Shown piece by piece: positions 56,886 to 64,000 of a stretch of 64,000 bases of DNA. The position numbers and the translations under genes were made by a program. The notes beneath the pieces were generated by a model. It was not told the origin of the DNA and ran no database searches. It saw nothing but the letters and a program-made list of their open reading frames with translations. Position 1 is the first letter of the stretch, and each line of letters opens with the position of its first letter. The DNA is from Oculina patagonica (lineage: Eukaryota): the NCBI RefSeq assembly GCF_052425735.1, contig NC_135761.1, positions 30,380,001 to 30,444,000 of the forward strand. Reading direction: 5' to 3'.

Positions 56886-58478
56886 ACTTATTCTTACTAA
56901 TTTTCGCGATTTTCGCGATTTCAAAATAATCGCGAAATTTAGTACGCGTGAAAAAAACATTGCGCGAAATTTAAACACGCGAAAATTAATACCATATTTT
57001 ATATCAAAACAATAAAAATTTTAAATGTTTGAAACTGCAACTATCTACCTTTAAAAGTATCTTTCCGTCTTGTTTTTGACAGCACCCTTCCTCTGATTAC
57101 TGTTTCGAGCTTGTAAATTAGTTCAAAACCTCTTTAGTACAGTCACTAAAGTTTCCGTTTGCAGGCTCTTCAGTTGTAGTTACATTGAAACAGACCTTTG
57201 TGTATTTCCAGTGACGTTCCTTAGGCCCTGTTTATACGTCGCACAATCGTCGAAATTAATTGGGACGAAAATAATTCAAGGACCATTTAGCAATTAAATT
57301 CGACGATTGTGCGACGTATAAATCGAATTAGATTCGTCTGGTAAATTAAATTCGTCCAAGACGTTGTATTCGTCTCGGTAGGACGAAAAAAATATCGATA
57401 GCGCGTCTTCAGTTTAGACGTCGCACAACAGACGCATCGAATTAAATGCATACATTATCATAATGTATCCCCATTGAGCCCGTGGTAGATTCGTGGAAAG
57501 TTTCGTTCATGTCGCATGCGCACAGGCGTCTTCTCGCGTTTTTCGCACGTTGTTGAAGTATGTCGTCGGTTGTGGAGGAAAAATGCCGTCCGCTTGCATA
57601 AATTGCAACACGGACCACAAAATATTCATGCATAGCTTGTGGGAGAAGCGTGTGTGTTCGGTTGGAATGTTCGATTGCTAAAGAAAACGAAGAAACGGTG
57701 GGATGGGAGGCAAACAAAAGTGTTGGTTACTGTTTGCAGTGTGCCCTGGGGGAGTTTCTGTCACGGTTTTTTTCTCAATGTCGGGTCGAATGTTCTTTAA
57801 AATAAAGTTGAATGTTTTTCTTGACACTCGAAACGCTTTCTCGAATCTTCCTTCATCATATGTCGCCCAGACCAATTCCCACCATCATGTATTTCTGATA
57901 CTGCGACGACAACTCCGGTGACGCTGAACATCTTCATCTTGTAATTGTAACAGCAGACAAATCGATAAACAAACTCGCGCAAGAAACATTTTCTTCATCA
58001 CTACCAGTGTCAACATTCGACGTCGCAGCTGCCTTCTCTGCTTTCTTTCTCTGGATATTTTCTCCAGCAATAATGCCTTCGAAAACCTCGCCAGGTTGTT
58101 GTTGTGTTGAAAAAATTTCGCGATCTCCCGTTAGTTTTTGCGGGAATTATGTCAATTATCCCCGCCACTGGTCAGAAGTGCTGAGGACTCGGGTGAAAGA
58201 TTAAATTCGGTTGAATTAAATTCGACGTCTAAATCAGGCGGCAATTAACGTCGAATAATCGACGAATTTAATTTGAATTAAATTCGTCTGAATTAAATTC
58301 GACGTATAAACAGGGCCTTAGTCTTTGACAACTGATCCATAAACACTGACAAAATCGCAAAATTTAATACACTTTTCCTTTTAAAATTTTTCTTGCAATC
58401 GCGAAAATTAATACTCGCGAAATTTGGTTCTCAAATTTTCGCGAAATTAAGTACGCGCGAAAATTAGTAAGAATAAGG
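56886..58478. mobile_element. TA-flanked MITE containing a nested Harbinger element, upstream of NHL-B
   Basis: TIR CTTATTCTTACTAATTTTCGCG; absent from paralog A (~41690). Confidence 0.85.
57224..58317 (-). mobile_element. Internally deleted PIF/Harbinger transposon with transposase remnant
   Basis: TIR GGCCCTGTTTATACGTCG, TTA TSD. Minus strand encodes ...RRSIRNT*WWELVWATYDEGRFEKAFRVSRKTFNFILKNI, matching the WW....F...FRm.r.tF..i motif at the N-terminus of Harbinger transposases; in-frame stop and truncation. Confidence 0.85.
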
Positions 58479-61400
58479 TATGTTATATACACAAAAGTTT
58501 TCTAATACACAAGGGTTTTGAAAACTGATTTTCTTGTGCAAGTGTTATTCAAATCTGACGTGATTTCCATAGCCAACTTTTAGACTATTTTTTGATTGCA
58601 CGCAACAAGTATAACTTTCCAACCGTTATCCGACAAAAAAACAGTTTCGAATCGGATTGAATCACATATCAATCTAGTAAAATGGCCCAGCTCACAACGG
58701 TCTCTCGTGCTCGTTGGTTAGAGCCCCCCCCCGGTTCTGGGGGGCCTGGTCTTTCCCCCGGGGCTCATTTTTTTTTTTTCTCCCCCCCTCGTGTCGTAAA
58801 CATCTTTTTATAATTTTGATATCTGTTTTCGTTTTCTCGTAAACCTTTCTTGCAAATTCAAAATCCTACTGTTTTGGCAAAAACCGAAAAGAAAGAAAAG
58901 TCTCACCGAAAAACATATAAGAAAAAATATAAGAACACTAGGATTATACACACTTAAGTATATCTCTTAACTACATTTTTTTTACCTGAATTTAGTATCA
59001 AAATACGTCTATGGTACACACAGGAAAATATCAGTAAAGACAAAAATGGAACGCATTTTACGGCGAGAGCAGTCCTCTTACCCTCTTCAGTGCAACAAGA
59101 AAGTTATTTTCATAAATTTGGTTCATAAAAGTTCAGGTGGTCCACCGCCGCTGATAAAACTTGAAGGTAATTTATGTACTGGAACATTTTACTCTACTTT
59201 ATACTGACCTGATACCATCGTAATACACCGTTCTTAGTCTGAAATGCCCCTTGAGGTCTGAGAAAAGCTAACAAAGTTCACTTTATAGTCTCTGGATGTT
59301 CAACAGTATCTCAGTTAATGTGAGGATCTTTCAGCTAAATGCAGCTGAAGATAAGTTTACAAATTGATTAACAAAGCCGTAAGAACGCTACTTAGCTCTA
59401 TTTAGATAAACTTTACACACGTTGCTCTTAATTAAAAGCAGCTTAAGGCCGTCAATCCCCGTCATCTTTCGTTTAGAGTGTATTTATCACACCTGCACTC
59501 TCTGACACCGTTTTATCGAAGCTTACAAACACAGCGCGGGAGATGTGAATGATTTTCTAAGTTAGAATTGCGCAGTTTTACGACCTCAACTCTGCTTTTT
59601 AGATGCTGGATTTTTAGTCGTGTAGCAGCTGAAAGGCGCTGGTGTAGAACAATCACTTGTAAAACGAACTCTCCCTTCGTATTTGCATAGGTTAAGTGAT
59701 TTTAGCGCGGAAGTTTACACAGCCAGAAGTTGCCGATTTATCGAAAATTGCAATTAAGTTTGTTTATTCTTGGAATTCATACCGATCAAGTCAGCCACTG
59801 AATCCGTAAAAGGCGAACATTTGACCATTTGGGTATATAGATGTATCAGTTAAAAGTGCTTTTGAAACAGAGCTTGAATTTCAATTTGCCTCCTAGAAAA
59901 AAAAAACTTACAGAAACGTGTGTTTTTGAAAAGGACTGGAAGCCCCAGTGAGCTGGGAAATGGTACACCTGTTGTGACAAAAGCTGCAATTTTCCATTCA
60001 ACTTTAGAGTCAACTCTTCTTGCTAGTAGAGGCCTCCTTTTTTACTCCTAGCAAATTTTCATACAACGGAAAAGAGCTCTCTGCTAGCAGGGAAAAACCA
60101 ACGTAGCAGACAGCGACAGTAGCAAGATCAAGATTTTTAAACATATGCCGAAAGTGGCTGTTGTTTTTTCTCGACCTATCATCGAAATCCCGGCTCGATA
60201 ATATCGGGTAAAAAAGGTGGCTTGAAACGACGGTTTCCAGCATTTTCCAGTACTTAGATTTTGATGTATTAAGATATTAACATCAGCACTATTTGCCACT
60301 TGATGCTACAATAATGGTATCCAATTAAAAAAAAAATGTCCATTCATTGGTGAACAAGTCATTATCATTTTTTGGACAAACAGTTATTCAACAGTTATTC
60401 ATAATAATCTGTTCTAATAATCAGACAATTATAAACTGTTTTCAAGTCAGTTATAGTGTTAACTCAAAAATGAGTCCAGTGACCCTCATTTGCAAAAGTT
60501 CTTTTCAAACCTTACATTACTTTCTGTAGTCCCAGTGGCTCTCGCTTTTTTTCTCTCTTCTCAATCGAATAGAAAAAAAAACACTCAAACCTCTGACACC
60601 TTCGTCCTCTTATGTCATAAGTATTCTTTTCATCTTTGCTACTTTTGAAATTAGTTTATGGCAAGGTTTATAAGATCTTATAATCTGTGCTTCGAAAGCG
60701 AAGCAACTTCGCTTGTCATCGTTAGACCCCAGTCTCCAATCTATATTTCCTCTCTAGACATTTAGGTATGTAAACAATGGGTAAACAATAAGCTGCCATC
60801 TCTTGTTTGCATACCATAACAACCCGGGCATAACAAGCTAAGTAATGCTGTCTTTCCTGGCTACAAGAAATTATAATAAAAACAATAGTCCTTCATGTGA
60901 AAGAAGTCAAGCGAAACGAAACTGTTGGACTGTTGCATGTTACTTGTGCATGTTAGGTGCGAATAAGGCGTTGTTTTGAGGAATCCTATGTGTGCATAAT
61001 AAAAGACAGCCCAGCATGGAAGGGAACAATATCATAATTGATGCCCGGATGGTAAGTACGACTTTTATTTCTTTTATTTTGCATTCTAGAATATAATACA
61101 AGACGATGTTTCATTGGAACAAGTCGCGCTTAATTACCCTGAGTTAATAATGTTGTATTTAATCATAACACTTGCGGCCTGAAGTTATGAAAAGCAACTT
61201 TTCTCTCTCACAAAGCGAAGTCTGCAGTTCTATGTCCAAAAAGCTATCCTGTAATCTGTCTTCTACTCTTCATAGAATGAGTAGTTATGATCCTTTTAGA
61301 CGGCAAGCTAACGATACAAGACTCCTCGAGCACTAATTAGAACTTATTTACCCCTTGTTTAATTTATAACCAGTACGATATAGATAATTGGCGTTTACTT

Positions 61401-62460
61401 CACGAAGTCAAACTATCGAAGCGCTGACTTCTTATTTCGTAAACGCGTCACGATTGGTCGATATGTTGCGTGACTGCGTGACAAAGTCACTCTTACAAAT
61501 TTTACAAGATTTACAAATGGTGCCTGTCACAAATATAGCTGTCTGTATGTTAACCATTGAAACCATTTAAAAATCAAAATGATGAACTTCATTTCATGCG
61601 CAAAATAAAAGCCATGAGAACATTTGGCTGACTGTATACAGCTTTCAAAGGGAAAATGAACACGTATTGTAACAAATATGTGGAGTTAGTGTGACTCGGC
61701 AAAATCAGCTTTTGATTGCAATACATTGGGCCCACGCACTGACCACGTCAAATCATTTTATTGTTGAGATCAAAACTGTCAGTAGAATAAATAGTTGAGG
61801 TTAGTTTCTCTATATAGCTCTTTTGAAATAGCATTTTGCATTCTTGACTTTAGTTATTCCAAGTCAAATTGCCGAAGGGTCTAAGCAGGTACCGTATCGC
61901 GTTACACTCTTTTTATTTTATAAGAATATTGTTTCTACCAAGCTAGATATTCTTATTTCTGCTGATTGATTTCTAGAACTTCAGATAAACATGACATTTT
62001 CATTAGATGATTGGGGAATGTCCGGACTGTCATAGCATCGAAATTTGGAGTGGTCTCGTTGCGATGGGAGAAAGGAACACGGGAGAGATGTATAATTCCA
62101 CTCATATCCAATTCAGCATCGGGACAATCAAAATCGCAAATCAGCCTCAAATCACTAGACAAAAAAAGGAGTGTATGTTGTTTAATGTCGCACGACGATA
62201 GCTGTTAAGATAATCTGCAAATGTCTTAATTAAGAAAGGCTTCAAATGATATTTTGATTTTGTAATCATCTCCGTGGTAGTCGTTGATTTTCGGAGAGCG
62301 CAAAATCCGCTTGAAAGCTTGGGTCGACTTACGGGCGTAAAATGGAGGTGACTTTAAATTAGAAAAAAATCCGCATAATATTTTTTATTTATATTGTGAG
62401 TATAGTTTAATAATAGACATTTGAGAGCATTTTTTCAGTTTGTGTTTCTTCTTCTTGCAG

Positions 62461-64000
62461 ATGTCGTTACGATCATTAGCTTTCCAGGCTGCCACGGCCA
62501 CAAACAAGCGCAGTGGACTGAGCCTACTCCACGCCGCGTGCATTGAAGGCGACTTGGAAACTATACAAATAATCATGAGCTATAGCCCTGGGAAACTGGA
62601 CAACGCCATTGCCTTAACTATTAACACTGAAAATCACGCCCTGTGCCCAGGAAAGACAGCATTGGATATCAGTGATCCATATCAGACTGGTAATAATGGG
62701 AAGATACACCAGTTTCTAGAGAATGTGTTTATGGAATTTCAATCCAAATCTCTGTTACATATCGCTGCTAGAAGAGGAAAGTGGGAACATCTTAAGAGAC
62801 TTCTTGATCTCGGTTCGGACCCAAATGAGGTGTCGCGTGACGATAAAAAAGTCACGCCATTGATGCTAGCTGTCACACGCAACACCACAATCTTCACTGA
62901 GCTTCTGCTTGAGAGGGGAGCAGACATCAATATGGAAGACAAGTCTGAAATGAAAGCGCTTCATTACGCCACGCTGAACGGTCGAACGAGAACTGTTCTG
63001 GTGTTAATAGAGGCTGGCGCTAGCGTGAGTGATACTAGTGACAGAGGGATGACACCCTTACATTTTGCCACTCAGAATGGTCACACTAAAACAGTCGCCA
63101 TTCTCATTGAACACGGCGCCGACGTTCATTCAAGATCGTCCAGCGGTTATACACCTTTGATGCTGGCGACAGAGAAAGGACATTACGACACTGTAGAGTT
63201 TCTTCTCGCTCAAGGTAGCCGTGTTCACACTACAGAGCAAATGGGTTTTACTGCGCTTCATCTTGCGGCTGATAAAGGTTACACTGACTTAGTTCGGCTT
63301 CTGCTTCAGAAGGGAGGTAATGTGGACGCGAGAGCCTCGGGCAAAACGCCTTTGTTTCTGTCTTCGTTTGCAAATCACCGAGAAACTACTGAGCTCTTGC
63401 TTCGTTATGGCAGCAACGTCAATGCGCATGACATATTTGGAAGAACAGCTGTACACTACGCGGCTCAAGAAGGACGAGTTGCCATGGTGAAGTCGCTAAT
63501 CGAAAAAGGCGCGAATGTACACGCACGTGACCAAGAAGGTCAGACTCCATTGTTCATGTCAGTGATTTATGATCAGAAAGAGGCCGCCAGCCTGTTACTG
63601 CAACAGGGAGCCCACGTGAATGCAAATGATATCAATCGCAAAACGCCGCTTCACTTTGCTGCACAGGAAGGCTATGCTGAAATCGCCGAATTGTTGATTC
63701 AAAATGGCAGCGACCTGAATGCTGAAGAAGTCACAGGCGACCAACCGCTGTCCCTTGCAGTGGCGTACTGCAGTGATGACGTAGTAAAGCTTCTGTTACG
63801 TCACGGCGCTGAGATAAACGACGCAAACGAAAGCCTGTTGACACCTCTTCATATCGCAGCACAAAATGGAAAAACGACTCTTGCAGAATTATTGTTACAG
63901 CGTGGCGCTGATCGCGAAGCCAAAGACTGTGATGGCCAAACTCCATTGCACATAGCTTGCTCGTATGGAGATATCAAAATGGTAGAGCTATTTGTACGCT
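62461..64000 (+). CDS. Ankyrin-repeat protein, long exon truncated by the window end
   Basis: Open frame from ATG at 62461 (right after a polypyrimidine-CAG acceptor) to the window end, with more than 12 ankyrin repeats (GMTPLHFATQNGHTKTVAILIEHGADV, GFTALHLAADKGY, RKTPLHFAAQEGY...). It has no stop, so it is missing from the ORF track. A possible upstream phase-0 exon at 61016-61051 (MEGNNIIIDARM|gtaagt) is uncertain. Confidence 0.9.
   Translation, partial: MSLRSLAFQAATATNKRSGLSLLHAACIEGDLETIQIIMSYSPGKLDNAIALTINTENHALCPGKTALDISDPYQTGNNGKIHQFLENVFMEFQSKSLLHIAARRGKWEHLKRLLDLGSDPNEVSRDDKKVTPLMLAVTRNTTIFTELLLERGADINMEDKSEMKALHYATLNGRTRTVLVLIEAGASVSDTSDRGMTPLHFATQNGHTKTVAILIEHGADVHSRSSSGYTPLMLATEKGHYDTVEFLLAQGSRVHTTEQMGFTALHLAADKGYTDLVRLLLQKGGNVDARASGKTPLFLSSFANHRETTELLLRYGSNVNAHDIFGRTAVHYAAQEGRVAMVKSLIEKGANVHARDQEGQTPLFMSVIYDQKEAASLLLQQGAHVNANDINRKTPLHFAAQEGYAEIAELLIQNGSDLNAEEVTGDQPLSLAVAYCSDDVVKLLLRHGAEINDANESLLTPLHIAAQNGKTTLAELLLQRGADREAKDCDGQTPLHIACSYGDIKMVELFVR

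Larger units (their letters stand above)
27700..59695. repeat. Tandem segmental duplication: unit A ~27700-44140, unit B ~44415-59695
   Basis: Colinear similarity of the LENG1 downstream region, all NHL exons, intron flanks and NHL upstream region (e.g. 43400-43815 vs 59190-59677). The copies differ by independent transposon insertions. Confidence 0.92.

Noticed and set aside
58683-58790. tRNA-like or structured RNA
   Set aside because: Homopolymer-rich and degenerate; looks like a decayed SINE fragment or low-quality sequence.
62007-62172. Coding exon of the ankyrin gene
   Set aside because: Splice-like ends exist, but no stop-free frame joins in phase to the 62461 exon; at most a UTR or alternative exon.

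Overview
This is AT-rich, intron-rich animal genomic DNA. The repeat landscape (tRNA-SINEs, many MITEs, a Penelope-type hammerhead relic) suggests a cnidarian, probably a stony coral; that taxon call is inference. I built gene models by hand from GT-AG boundaries and reading frame. In order: 5' part of SSR1/TRAP-alpha (-), head-to-head with NEDD8 (+); CYHR1/ZFTRAF1 (+), tail-to-tail with TMEM276 (-); TMEM276 head-to-head with LENG1 (+); a ~16-kb tandem duplication carrying two intact 15-exon genes (-) for a signal peptide + six NHL repeats + TM protein; and an ankyrin-repeat ORF running off the right end. A 31-36 bp minisatellite of ~8 degenerate units in the LENG1 3' region has expanded to ~2 kb at the duplication junction. 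Most notable: long hairpins with conserved geometry (TC/TC internal loops) but different arm sequences, TMEM276-ZFTRAF1 adjacency as in human, the duplicated NHL membrane proteins with one divergent loop and blade-periodic introns, and two inverted minimal hammerhead ribozymes in a CYHR1 intron. No CRISPR array or prokaryotic system is supported.
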